A DNA stretch of 64,000 nt from Sedimentisphaerales bacterium (GTDB lineage Bacteria; Planctomycetota; Phycisphaerae; Sedimentisphaerales; Anaerobacaceae): the NCBI GenBank assembly GCA_963708075.1, contig OY970194.1, forward strand, positions 1,664,001 to 1,728,000, read 5' to 3'. Positions within the stretch are counted from its first letter, which is position 1. Each line of letters starts with the position of its first letter. The notes below the pieces were generated by a model, which saw nothing but the letters and a program-made list of their open reading frames with translations, did no database searches and was not told where the DNA came from. This document shows, in pieces, positions 1 to 9,977 of this stretch. Position numbers and translations under genes: made by a program.

Positions 1-384
1 ACACAATTTGCCGGCTATCGGATCAAGGCCAGAGTTCTCGACGCGGGAGAACTCGACCTGGGGAAAATCACGGAAGACAAAAGCCCCTTCTGCGAGTATC
101 TTGATCTTGACCGCGTGAGGCAGCCCGTGACCGTGCGCCCCCGCCGGACCGGGGACAAGTTCCGGCCGCTCGGCTTCGCCGGGGAGAAGAAGCTCGGCAA
201 GTTTCTCACGACGGCCAAGGTGCCCCGCGAAATACGGGAGCACATCCTGGTCTTTGCCGATCAGGAGAAGATCATCTGGGTCTGCCCCGTACGAATCGCG
301 GAGCCGGCAAGGGTCACAGAGCAGACCCAACGAATTCTCAAGCTGGAGGTCGTACATGATGACTCGCGTAACCACGCGCCGTAA
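1..384 (+). CDS. tilS: tRNA(Ile)-lysidine synthase, C-terminal part (5' truncated by window)
   Basis: Frame is open from base 1. TilS C-terminal signature 'VRPRRTGDKFRPLGFAGEKKLGKFLTTAKVPREIRE...IIWV'. Confidence 0.85.
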   Translation, partial: TQFAGYRIKARVLDAGELDLGKITEDKSPFCEYLDLDRVRQPVTVRPRRTGDKFRPLGFAGEKKLGKFLTTAKVPREIREHILVFADQEKIIWVCPVRIAEPARVTEQTQRILKLEVVHDDSRNHAP

Positions 385-1807
385 CTTCCTGAAGGCGGCG
401 GGCGTTGGCGTACTGGGTGCACTCGCGCCGGGTTGCCGGTATGCGCCAACCCAGGGCCATTCCCAGGACCGCAAACGTTCGCCTAACATCATCTTCATCC
501 TCGGCGATGATCTGGGCTGGGCGGAGCTGGGATGCTACGGCAACACGTTCAATGAGACGCCCAACCTCGACAGGCTCGCCGGCGAGGGCATGCGCTTCAC
601 GACCGCCTACTCCGCGGCCCCGGTCTGCTCGCCCTTCCGCGCGGCCCTGATGACGGGACAGTACCCCGTGCGAACGGGCATCACGGACTACCTGCGGCCG
701 GACGACGCGAAGCATCTCGCGACGGACTACGAGACCTTGCCCGAGATGCTCAAGAAAGCCGGTTATGTCACCGGGATCGTCGGCAAATGGCATCTTACCG
801 GATACGCCAATCACGGCGCGGAGGAGATCCCGCCCGGCCGGCACGGCTTCGACGAAGTGATCGTCTCGGAGAACCGGGGCATCGCCAACGGCAGTTATTT
901 CTTCCCCTACCACTTCAACAGGGAGATCCAGCAGCGTCTGCCCGGCCGGGAATACCTCGTGGACCGCTGCAATCTCGAGGCCGTGGAGTTCATCGAGCGG
1001 CATAAGGATCAGCCGTTCTTCCTCTACCTGAGCCACTACGCCGTGCACACGAGGCTGGCAGGCAAGCCCAGGCTGGTCGCCAAGTACGAGGCCAAGCCGG
1101 ATGCCGGAAAGGGAGCCCAGGCCCCTCGGAACAACCCGCACCTGGCGGCGCAGCTCGAGAGCATCGACCAGGGCGTGGGAATGATCCGGGACAAGCTGAA
1201 GGCGTTGGGCCTGTCCGAGAACACGATCCTTGTCTTCACCGGCGATAACGGCGGCGAGGGCCGTGTGACATCCAACGCGCCGTGGCGGGCCGGCAAATCC
1301 ACGCTCTACGAAGGCGGCATCCGCGAGCCGCTTATCATCTATTGGCCCGGCGTGACCACGCCCGGCAGCCTCTGCCACACGCCTGTCTGCACGATGGACT
1401 TCTACCCCACGTTTGCCCAGGCCGTCCGACGCACGCCGGCACGGACACAAACCATCGATGGCCTTTCCCTTGTGTCGGTCCTGAGAGATTCCCGCGCTGT
1501 TCTCCGCAGGGATACGCTTTACTGGCACTATCCGCTGGAAAAATCCCACTTTCTCGGCGGGCGATCCGTCGGGGTCGTCCGAAAAGGAGACTGGAAACTC
1601 CTTGAATTCTTCGATACCGGCGAGCTCGAATTGTACAATCTGGCCGAAGACCCCGGCGAGCAACGCAATCTCGCTGCTCAGAAACCGGACAAGAGGCAGG
1701 AACTCGTGAACGCACTGCACACGTGGCAGCGGCAAGTGGGAGCGAAGTTTCCGCAGGGACAGCCAAAACGATCAGGCGAGGACAGGCCGCTGGAGGGAAA
1801 CGGATGA
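356..1807 (+). CDS. Tat-exported arylsulfatase-family sulfatase
   Basis: Twin-arginine signal 'TRRNFLKAAG', 'PNIIFILGDDLG', formylglycine motif 'CSPFR...LMTG', 'GKWHL', 'GDNG', 'ELYNLAEDPGE'. Confidence 0.93.
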   Translation: MMTRVTTRRNFLKAAGVGVLGALAPGCRYAPTQGHSQDRKRSPNIIFILGDDLGWAELGCYGNTFNETPNLDRLAGEGMRFTTAYSAAPVCSPFRAALMTGQYPVRTGITDYLRPDDAKHLATDYETLPEMLKKAGYVTGIVGKWHLTGYANHGAEEIPPGRHGFDEVIVSENRGIANGSYFFPYHFNREIQQRLPGREYLVDRCNLEAVEFIERHKDQPFFLYLSHYAVHTRLAGKPRLVAKYEAKPDAGKGAQAPRNNPHLAAQLESIDQGVGMIRDKLKALGLSENTILVFTGDNGGEGRVTSNAPWRAGKSTLYEGGIREPLIIYWPGVTTPGSLCHTPVCTMDFYPTFAQAVRRTPARTQTIDGLSLVSVLRDSRAVLRRDTLYWHYPLEKSHFLGGRSVGVVRKGDWKLLEFFDTGELELYNLAEDPGEQRNLAAQKPDKRQELVNALHTWQRQVGAKFPQGQPKRSGEDRPLEGNG

Positions 1808-2832
1808 TCAGCAGACGACAACTGCTCGAACACGCCAAGGCGCAAGGGGCCACGGATATTCACATCTGCGCCAACGCCCCGATTCTGTTTCGTATCGCAG
1901 GCAAGCTCGTCCCCGTAACCAAGGAACAGATCACGGCACAGCAGAGCCGGGAGCTCGCGCTCGACCTGCTCACGGATGCCCAGAAGAAGCTCCTCGAGGA
2001 GCGGCTCGACTACGATCTGATGCTCGCGGAGGAGAGCGGGCGGTACCGGGTGAACGTCGGCTACTTCGACGGGCACGTTGGCGCGACCATCCGCATCCTG
2101 CCGACACATCCGCGAGCGATCAACGACCTGCTTCTGCCCGAGACCGTGCGGGACCTGGCGCATCGGAGGAAGGGACTCGTGCTGATCACAGGGGCGACCA
2201 GTCAGGGCAAAACGACCACGCTGGCCGCCATGATCGACGAGGTCAACGCCACCCAGGAGAAGCACGTCATCACGATCGAAGATCCCATCGAGTACGTGCA
2301 CACCAACAAGACCGGCGTCGTCCGGCAGCGCGAGATCGGCAGGGACACGCAGAACTTTCACACGGGATTGCGGGCGGCCTTGCGCCAGGACCCGGACGTC
2401 ATCGCCATCGGCGAGATGCGAGACTACGAGACGATCAAGATCGCCCTGACGGCGGCGGAGACGGGCGTGCTCGTCCTCTCCACGCTGCACGTCATCTCCA
2501 TCGACAAGATCCTGGAAAGGCTGCTGAGCTACGCGCCGGCCGGCGACGAGGACCAGTTGCGATTCCTGCTGGCCGAGTCCCTCCAGGGCGTCATCCACCA
2601 GGAATTGGTGCCCACCATCGATGGCAAGCAGCGCGTGGCCTGCGAGATCCTCGTCATCACCACTGCCGCCAAGAACATCATCCGGCGCAAAGGCGGCTAT
2701 TTCCTGCGAAGCGTCATCGAGACCGGCAAGAAGCACGGCATGCTGACGATGGAGGAATCCATCGGCGCCCTCCTGGAGCAGAAGATCATCACCGACGGCG
2801 TGGCAAAAGGCATCCTCGTCAACTACAAGTGA
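1804..2832 (+). CDS. pilT: PilT/PilU-family type IV pilus retraction ATPase
   Basis: Walker A 'GATSQGKTTT', Asp box 'TIEDPIEY', 'ALRQDPDVIAIGEMRD', His box 'VLSTLH'. ATG overlaps the sulfatase stop. Confidence 0.88.
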   Translation: MISRRQLLEHAKAQGATDIHICANAPILFRIAGKLVPVTKEQITAQQSRELALDLLTDAQKKLLEERLDYDLMLAEESGRYRVNVGYFDGHVGATIRILPTHPRAINDLLLPETVRDLAHRRKGLVLITGATSQGKTTTLAAMIDEVNATQEKHVITIEDPIEYVHTNKTGVVRQREIGRDTQNFHTGLRAALRQDPDVIAIGEMRDYETIKIALTAAETGVLVLSTLHVISIDKILERLLSYAPAGDEDQLRFLLAESLQGVIHQELVPTIDGKQRVACEILVITTAAKNIIRRKGGYFLRSVIETGKKHGMLTMEESIGALLEQKIITDGVAKGILVNYK

Positions 2833-2835
2833 GCG

Positions 2836-4992
2836 TCAGAACTCGCAGACGCCGCTGATGCAGCCGCCGGCGTAGTCGGTGTCGGCCGATACGAAATCCG
2901 GCAGCTCATCATGCTGGAGCTCTTGCACTTCGCTCACGGACAGCACCTGGTCGGTTTTGGACCCGTAGCGGTAAATGGTGATGCCTTTGCACTTGAGGCG
3001 GTACGCCTCCAGATAAATCTCGCGGACGTCCTCCACCGTCGCGTCGGCGGGCAGGTTGATCGTCTTCGATACGGCGTTATCCGTGTACTTTTGAAAGGTG
3101 GCCTGAATCTCCAGGTGCTGCCGGGGGGAGACGTCGAACGCCGTAACAAAAAGCCGCTTCACATCATCCGGAATCCCTTTGATCTGCGCCAGCGACGGGT
3201 GCCTGGCCACCTCGGCCAGCAGCTCCCGGCTGTGGAACCCGCGGTCCTTCGCGACCTTCTCAAACAGCGGATTCGTCTCGAACAGCCGCGTCCCCGAAAG
3301 CACGTTGCGCACGAAACTGACGGCGAACAATGGCTCGATACCGCTGGAGCAGCCGGCGATGATGCTGATCGTGCCCGTGGGGGCGATCGTGTTCACGGTG
3401 GCGTTGCGCAGCCTGGCGATCGCCGCCGGCATAGACCGACTTCTCGAAATTCGGGAACTCCCCTCGTTGCTTCGCGAGCGACTCGGAGGCGGCAAGCGAC
3501 TCCTTGTGAAGGAACCGCATAAGTTTGGTGGCAACTGAGACGGCGTCGGCGGAATTGTACGGTATCCCGAGCCGGATGAGCAAATCCGCAAAGCCCATGA
3601 CACCGAGCCCGATCTTCCGGTTGCCCAGCGTCGCCGACTGTATGGTTTCGAGCGGATAGTTGTTGACATCGATCACATCATCGAGGAACCGCACGCCCAG
3701 GTAGATCGTCTCACGGAGCTTGTCCCAGTCCACCGCGGCCCCGCCGATCTCTCCATCGCCCCCGGCACCTTTCGTCATCTTGTCCAGATTGATCGAGGCC
3801 AGGATGCAGCTCTCGTACGGCAGCAAGGGGACCTCGCCACATGGATTGGTCGCCTCGATCCGGCCGACCTGGGGTGTCGGATTTTTCTTGTTGATCTCGT
3901 CAAGGAAAACCAGCCCGGGGTCGCCCGTTCTCCAGGCGGCGTTGACGATCAGGTCGAAGAGGGAACGCGCACCGAGCCGCCTGACGCTCTCGCCGGTGCG
4001 CGGGTTCACGAGATCGAATGGGCGATTGTCGGCAATGGCCCGCATGAATTTATCCGTCGCCCCAACAGAGAGGTTGAAGTTCCTGAACGCATCGGAGCCG
4101 ACCTTGGCCTCGATGAACTCAAGGATGTCGGGGTGATCGCAGCGGAGGATGCCCATGTTGGCGCCCTGCGCTGGCCGCCCTGGACGATGACCTCGGTGGC
4201 CTTGTCGAAAATGCCCATGAAGGAGATGGGGCCGGAGGCGCGTCCCTTGGTGGACCCGACGATATCGCCCCTTGGCCGCAGGCGCGAGAAGCTGAATCCG
4301 GTGCCGCCGCCGGTCTGGTGGATGCGCGCCATATCGGCCAGAGTCTGAAAAATGCCCTCGACCGAGTCCTCGACGGGGAGCACGAAACACGCGGAGAGCT
4401 GGCCCAGACGCGTCCCGGCGTTCATGAGAGTCGGCGAATTCGGCATGAACTCGCGGTTGCGCATCATGCGGTAGAACTGGTCCTCGATGTCATCCACACT
4501 CTCATCCGACTCGTAATCGGCCTCAGCCCGGGCCACGTGGTGAGCCACCCTGCGGAACAACTCGCTGGGCGTCTCCACGATCCGCCGGTTCTCGTCCTTG
4601 AGCAGGTACCGCCTCTTGAGCACCTCCACCGTGTTGATGGGCAGCTTGAGATCGTCCTTGAGTCCGAGCGCCGACTTGGCGAAACGTTCCTGGGATTTCC
4701 GCTCGCGATAGAGGATATAGCTCTTGGCGATGTTGCTGTATCCCTCGCTCATCAAGGCCGCCTCGACAACATCCTGGATGTTCTCGATGCCGGGCGTCTT
4801 ACCCCCGTATTCCTCCGCGAGTTTCTCCACAACAGCCTCGGTCACCCGCCGGGCGACGACCTGAACGCGGCTCTCGTCATGCAGGACTTCCAGCGCCGCC
4901 CGTCCGATGGCGCGTTCAATCTTGGAGGCATCGAAACCGACGATGGAGCCGTCCCGCTTTCTGACTTTCTCCGGCACTGTTTGCGTCGCCAT
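2836..4992 (-). CDS. nrdJ: Class II (adenosylcobalamin) ribonucleotide reductase with N-terminal ATP cone; split by two apparent frameshifts (~4170, ~3420)
   Basis: ATP cone '[12 protein letters not shown]', '[12 protein letters not shown]', 'LSACFVL', 'GGGTGF', 'GANMG', 'ATNPCGE', 'RKIGLGVMG', 'TIAPTG', 'AVSKTIN' and C-terminal Cys pair, spread over three overlapping frames. Confidence 0.9.
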
Positions 4993-5189
4993 GGTCTATT
5001 CCCCACTTCACCGCAGCCCGTACAATCATCCGTACCCGACAAATATACGAGATGCCCCCGCATGCCGGTTCCCAGGAAAATACGATGCCAGCCGCCTCTA
5101 ACGAATCCTCCCGCCCGGCGCGGAAATCAGGCATCTACCGGCAGTACCGCAGCAGACACCCCGGCACCCGCGTGAAGCGATGACAAGGA

Positions 5190-5726
5190 TTACTTCTTCC
5201 CGTTTCCGGAGTGCCTGCACACGTACACGAACGCCGGCGGCAAATTCCGCGGCACAAATCTCAGTTTCACTTCCGAGAAGTACCGCCGAATCTCTCGGCT
5301 AAGGACGGGGGTATACTGCAACTGGATGTATTTTCCGGACCTGCGCGATATGGCCAGAATCTGCTCCATGGCGTCCTTGCTGAACAACGTCAAGGGCAGA
5401 CCCGAAACCACACAATCCGGATTTTCTATGTATCGCTCGCAGTTGCGTGCATCATCGTTGATGATCCGCAGTCGTGGATCCCCGATCTGCTCGAGGCAGC
5501 GACAGAAGTCCGGATTGATCTCAAAACAGGTCAGGCAACCATCCTCAGGCAGTTCCCTAAGGATTTCCCTGGTGACCGGCCCAGTGCCGGCCCCGAACTC
5601 GACCACTCGATGACTTCCCCTGATCTCCTCGGCCATCCGTCTGGCGAGCACCCTGCCGCTCTGCGTGAACGTCCCGCACTGCTTCGGGTGTCGGAGAAAC
5701 TGCCTGGCGAAACGCAGACCCATCAT
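5190..5726 (-). CDS. Small class I SAM-dependent methyltransferase (PmtA-like phospholipid N-methyltransferase family)
   Basis: 'VVEFGAGTGPVT' SAM motif, 'FEINPDF', 'VVSGLP', C-terminal 'RNLPPAFVY'. Confidence 0.75.
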   Translation of the reverse strand: MMGLRFARQFLRHPKQCGTFTQSGRVLARRMAEEIRGSHRVVEFGAGTGPVTREILRELPEDGCLTCFEINPDFCRCLEQIGDPRLRIINDDARNCERYIENPDCVVSGLPLTLFSKDAMEQILAISRRSGKYIQLQYTPVLSREIRRYFSEVKLRFVPRNLPPAFVYVCRHSGNGKK

Positions 5727-5853
5727 ATCACTGCCTCTATCCATAAAAGCGATCTCTCATGACTGCTACGATAAAAGATGTGGACGACCGGCGTCAAGAG
5801 TTTTGTGGATTGGTCCCGAAATGAGATTTGCCGGCAGATTTTCGTCAAGAAAC

Positions 5854-5882
5854 TTGACCGAACGTACGATGTGAATTATAAG
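5854..5882 (+). promoter_or_regulatory. Putative sigma70 promoter of the wza-like gene
   Basis: TTGACC-N17-TATAAG, about 90 bp upstream of ATG 5972. Confidence 0.55.
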
Positions 5883-5971
5883 TGCGTGGGCGCGGGCTGC
5901 GCAGCTCGTATGGGGCGGCACGCGACGCAGAAGTCCTATAAGAACAAAAGGAGATGGACGTGAGCCGGTCA

Positions 5972-6736
5972 ATGAAATTCGGTACGATGATACTCTTGGT
6001 TTCAACCGCTTTCATGGCGGGGTGTTTCCCTTCTAACCCCGAGGACATACAAGCGTTCGTCAAACCGTACGAAGTGAACGTCACGGCGGAGAACTACGTT
6101 CTGCAGCCGCCGGATGACATCGAAATCCATTGCACGCAGGTACCGGAGGTCCACCTGCAGCGCCAGCGGATACGTCCCGATGGCAAGGTCAGCTTCGAGG
6201 GGATTGGAGAGGTCGAGGCTGCCGGCAAGACCCCGGCGCAGGTCGCGACCATTCTGAAGGAAAAGATCGCCCAGTTGTATTCGGTGCCCGGCGACCACCC
6301 GGTCGACGTGCGCATCGCCGCCTATGGGAGCAAGGTGTTTTATGTGGTAGGACAGGTAATGCGTCCGGGGCCTCTGAACTACACCGGCCGTGACAGCGTG
6401 CTGACGGCACTGGCGGCCACGTATCCGAACCCCATGGCCTGGGAGGAGCGCGTGCAGGTGATCCGGCCGGCCGCCACCGAGGATGAGGTGCCCAGGATCT
6501 TCGAAGCGGACTTCAACAAAATGACCCAGCGTGGCGATACCAGCAAGGATGTACTGCTCCGGGAGGGGGACATCGTGTACGTTCCGCCGACTGTTCTGGC
6601 GGCCATCGGCATGGTTCTGGAGGAATTCATTACGCCAGTCGCCAGGGCCTTCTACGGCTGGTACCTGGTACAGAACCCGCCGATTTCCACCGATCGGGGC
6701 TATACTCCGACGGGCGGCAGTTACTGGGGCCGATAG
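5972..6736 (+). CDS. Polysaccharide export lipoprotein (Wza/GumB-like; Poly_export + SLBB)
   Basis: Lipobox 'FMAGC', 'YVLQPPDDIEI', 'IRPDGKVSF..IGEVEAAGKT', 'YVVGQVMRPG', 'LREGDIVYVP' and an amphipathic C-terminal helix. Confidence 0.88.
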   Translation: MKFGTMILLVSTAFMAGCFPSNPEDIQAFVKPYEVNVTAENYVLQPPDDIEIHCTQVPEVHLQRQRIRPDGKVSFEGIGEVEAAGKTPAQVATILKEKIAQLYSVPGDHPVDVRIAAYGSKVFYVVGQVMRPGPLNYTGRDSVLTALAATYPNPMAWEERVQVIRPAATEDEVPRIFEADFNKMTQRGDTSKDVLLREGDIVYVPPTVLAAIGMVLEEFITPVARAFYGWYLVQNPPISTDRGYTPTGGSYWGR

Positions 6737-6788
6737 GACCGGTGGCGTTCGTTTGAGCCGCCGCCCGGGGCCTCTGGGGGGCAAACAC

Positions 6789-7599
6789 ATGGCTGTAAGG
6801 CGTGCCTTGAAGTTGACGCACGTGGCCAGCACGATCTGGTTCATGGTGTGCGTTGGCTACATGCTCGTCCTGACCTTGCACGAGGTCGGCTTCAAATGGT
6901 GGCTCATCTTCTCCCTATCGGGCCATTCCGCCGTCGCCGTCGGCGTCCTGATCAGCGTATATTTGTTTGCGTTGGTCCGCGACATGGGCGGGAGCCAACA
7001 GATTCAGGTGGAGCACCCGTTCACCAGCACCCATTCCTACATGGGTTTCTACGTGGCGGCCCCCCTGCTGGGTGGCTTGGCGGGCATCTTCGGCATGATC
7101 GGCGCCAGCGATCTGAGCCGATATGCGGACGGTGTGGCGCGGGGGACCCTGGGGACGACATTTTTCGTCTGGGTCGTTCTCGACCCCGTGGCCGGTTCTC
7201 ATTGAGATCCTGCTGCCCGTCAGCCGCAGACACAGGGCCGAGCGGGTCGCCCGGGCGGAGCTGGAACGCAAAGCCCGCCAGCAGAAACGCGAAAAACTGT
7301 TGGCGGATGCGGTAGCGAGAGAGGAACAGGAACGCGAACGATGGCGACAGGTCCTGCAGCCGCAGGCCCAGCGTCTTGCCGCCCTGTTGGCAGATAATGC
7401 CTTGAGCGAGCATGCCGAGCAGGAAGCGGTCGATATTGGCGCCCGCGCATGGCATCTCGGGGGACTCAGTTGCATGCGCCAACTGCGCGAGATGGCCATG
7501 GCGATCAGCGAACAAGAAGCCGGTCCCGCAAGGGCGACCGATTATATCGCCTACTGGTGGGACGGCATTGGAGACTGGCGGCGCCCCTCCCTCGATTAG
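6789..7599 (+). CDS. Hypothetical membrane protein (about 4 TM + coiled coil), apparent frameshift at ~7196
   Basis: Hydrophobic ORF from ATG 6789 continues as 'LIEILLP...WWDGIGDWR' in the adjacent frame; removing one base in GGTTCTC joins them. Confidence 0.6.
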
Positions 7600-7660
7600 A
7601 CCGCCGGCAAAGCCCTGATAGGGCACAAAATCAGGGTCCCGGCGCATACCTCCCCTTTGC

Positions 7661-7702
7661 AAATAACAAGGGGAGAAGATCGCATCCCTGCGACCTTCTC
7701 CC
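7661..7702 (-). terminator. Rho-independent terminator downstream of the PEP-CTERM gene
   Basis: Minus strand GGGAGAAGGTCGCA-GGGA-TGCGATCTTCTCCC followed by CTTGTTATTT. Confidence 0.6.
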
Positions 7703-7873
7703 ATCGCTTAACCGTACGTACTGTCACGGCAATCCACAAACGATTCAACTTATCGGCACGACTCGTGCTCCCTCTTAAGCTTCCGCCGAATTCAGATACC
7801 AAGAGCGCAGGAGGGAGCCCGCTTCCTTGCGACCTCCTTCCGATCTACCCCTGAGATCAGATCCCGCGCAGTG

Positions 7874-8572
7874 CTACAAAGCTCGCCGGCGTCGCAGCCA
7901 GCCGACCATCGCGGTTCCCATGCCAGCAAGTAGAATGGCACCGGGGGCGGGGGTCGGTGTAATCCTTCCCCAGAGCATGGCGGTGTTCGCGCCGTCCTCC
8001 GGTGACTGGAACTGCGATTCCAGGGTTGAAGGGCTAGCCCCAAACCCAAGGAGTTCCAGGGAGTACTTGTCCCCGCCGAGCATAAATGTCTGATGCGGCA
8101 TGGAATTCGGGAAGTAGATGAAGTCATCCGTTCCCAGTCCTGGCGTCTCGTTGATGTGGAACGTGAAGGTGGACGTCCCGCTGCCACTCGGACTGGAAAA
8201 GGTCATGGTGACCGCCAGATCCACCGCAGTGGCGTTTGACCCCGTCTGGATCTCATAGTTGAAGTGCGCTAACTCGCCGACCACAAAGGCGACGTCCTCT
8301 GTGACACTCAGCGGCCCAACCGAGCCACCGACAGCACCGGTGAAACCCAAGCCGCTCTGATTCGCCTGGTGATACGGCGTGCCCCAGCGGACCTGGTCCT
8401 GCAGCGTATTTCCATACGCTACTCCCACGCCGTCATTGTAGACAATGTCCACACCACCCACGGGATTGGACCATGCGCCATCGACAGCGCTGAGGGTCAG
8501 CGATCCCATGGCGGGACTGGCCGCCACGACCCACACAACAAACATCAGTGTCAACACTAGTAGCTTCTTCAT
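7874..8572 (-). CDS. PEP-CTERM-type (PAP variant) surface protein with THxN/choice-of-anchor K-like domain
   Basis: Signal peptide 'MKKLLVLTLMFVVWVVAASPAMG'; 'QVRWGTP...SGLGF', 'GELAHFNYEI', 'INETP'; tail 'TPAPGAILLAGMGTAMVGWLRRRRAL'. Confidence 0.88.
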   Translation of the reverse strand: MKKLLVLTLMFVVWVVAASPAMGSLTLSAVDGAWSNPVGGVDIVYNDGVGVAYGNTLQDQVRWGTPYHQANQSGLGFTGAVGGSVGPLSVTEDVAFVVGELAHFNYEIQTGSNATAVDLAVTMTFSSPSGSGTSTFTFHINETPGLGTDDFIYFPNSMPHQTFMLGGDKYSLELLGFGASPSTLESQFQSPEDGANTAMLWGRITPTPAPGAILLAGMGTAMVGWLRRRRAL

Positions 8573-8637
8573 CTTTTGTCTCCTTAAGCCTGCGGGTCCC
8601 TATTCGGAGTGAGCGTGAATTCGCCGCTGAACGGGTA

Positions 8638-8653
8638 TGCAGGACACGTGCCA
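8638..8653 (-). promoter_or_regulatory. Putative sigma54 (-24/-12) promoter
   Basis: Minus strand TGGCAC-GTGTC-CTGCA with exact GG-N10-GC spacing, 65 bp upstream of the PEP-CTERM start. Confidence 0.6.
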
Positions 8654-8753
8654 GCCGTGCGGGTGACCGTCAGGGTGGGCACAGCAAAGTCCGGGGCAGT
8701 CACAAGCAGCACCCAATAGGAAAACCGTTTCATCTGTTTCTCGTTGTTGATGC

Positions 8754-8836
8754 AGCAGATTTCGCAAATCCATTTGGAAAAGAGGGGCTTTTCGAGCCTC
8801 GGGGGACCGCGGGCCAGAGCAGATTGTGGAAATCCA
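8754..8836. repeat. Two 19-bp direct repeats with internal dyad (GATT-N5-AATC), candidate activator sites
   Basis: AGCAGATTTCGCAAATCCA (8754-8772) and AGCAGATTGTGGAAATCCA (8818-8836): 16/19 identical, 64 bp period. Confidence 0.6.
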
Positions 8837-9263
8837 GCTTCCTCTCGCAAAGCATTTCGTCGATCGCGATCAGTAGGGATGTCGCGACAAACCCCGTACT
8901 GAGACGCGGCAGGATGGGTCAATACATAGAGCTCGCCCGTCGAGGCGGCCAATTGCCTACTGCGGGTGCGCACAGGCAGCGCAGATACGATGCCTGTCAG
9001 CAGCCCACTACGCCATCCATGCGTAAGCGGGAACAGGGTTCCCCTGCCGAGCCACATCTCCCGTCTCCTTACGGTCGGATCCCCTCACTACCTTTTTGTT
9101 GTGCGGGCAAGCGCCCTGTGTCACGATCCGGGCGACTCCTCCAGCCAACATGGGATCGCCTGCATCGTACACTGCGTGTCCCCCGCGTCAAGGGAAATCC
9201 AAAAAATGCAGGGAATTGTGGTTGCGCAGGGACCCCAGGAAATCCTGCAGCATCCTTCCAGGG

Positions 9264-9298
9264 AAAATAAAACGGGGCAGACTCGGAAGTCTGCCCCG
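9264..9298 (-). terminator. Rho-independent terminator
   Basis: Perfect 11-bp stem CGGGGCAGACT/AGTCTGCCCCG followed by TTTTATTTT on the minus strand, about 40 bp after stop 9336. Confidence 0.8.
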
Positions 9299-9335
9299 CG
9301 TGTGTATACGTGACTTCGTTAGACAGCCACCTGTA

Positions 9336-9977
9336 CTACAGGCTCTCACGTCTCCTGAGCCAACCGATCAGACTGGTGCCAATGGCAGCCAGAACGATCG
9401 CACCCGGAGCCGGAACAACCGGTGCCGGTGGCGGCGGTGGCGGAGGCGGATCCTGCTCGTACCAGTCCCACCTGTAGGTGACACTGAGCTGCGACCAACC
9501 CACAATCACGCCCGAACCTGTCTCACCGGTATCGATGTTGATGTCCACATCCAACATTCCATCCTCAAGACTGGCCAGAATGGCCGACAGATTGAATGTC
9601 GTCGTGGTCCAGGTGTCGGGAAGTCCCACCGGCGGCTTGACCAGATTGCCTAACACAGTGCCGTCAGCAATGATCTGGTCTGTCTCATCCGCTTGCCAGG
9701 CGTACACGGTCAGTGTAGCCGACTCGAGGGTGCGCACACCGGAGGCATCCGGAGACGGATCGCCAAGATACGTCACCGAATGATCCCAATCCCAATCCTG
9801 GTAGAAATACCGGTAACTGGTAGAGTTGTGACTAGGGCTGGCGCCGGTCGCCAGGAAATAGTTGCCATCAGTACCGAAGTTGGCAGTATCTCCTACCGTG
9901 TCCGGCAGCGTCATGGGGCCGGCTTGCGCCACCCCCATGGCCAGTAACACACTGGTCACCAACGCTATTCTTCGCAT
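9336..9977 (-). CDS. PEP-CTERM-type (PAP variant) surface protein with polyproline linker
   Basis: GGAGGA RBS; signal peptide 'MRRIALVTSVLLAMGVAQA'; Asp/Thr-rich domain; 'PPPPPPPPAPVVPAPGAIVLAAIGTSLIGWLRRRESL'. Confidence 0.88.
   Translation of the reverse strand: MRRIALVTSVLLAMGVAQAGPMTLPDTVGDTANFGTDGNYFLATGASPSHNSTSYRYFYQDWDWDHSVTYLGDPSPDASGVRTLESATLTVYAWQADETDQIIADGTVLGNLVKPPVGLPDTWTTTTFNLSAILASLEDGMLDVDINIDTGETGSGVIVGWSQLSVTYRWDWYEQDPPPPPPPPAPVVPAPGAIVLAAIGTSLIGWLRRRESL

Noticed and set aside
2836..4992. Intein, intron or programmed frameshifting in nrdJ
   Set aside because: Total length fits an uninterrupted enzyme, and the breaks are small indels without slippery heptamers.
4993..5189. 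Cobalamin riboswitch or NrdR boxes upstream of nrdJ
   Set aside because: No B12-box or convincing NrdR palindrome was found.
8755..8860. c-di-GMP-I riboswitch-like GCAAA...GAAA pattern
   Set aside because: Wrong strand for the downstream gene, and it lacks the GGGACGCAAAGC core; better explained as DNA repeats.
8548..9270. 240-aa plus-strand ORF between the PEP-CTERM genes (also 10367-10801 and 47387-47956)
   Set aside because: No recognisable motifs or coding-like composition, and they overlap promoter/regulatory regions.
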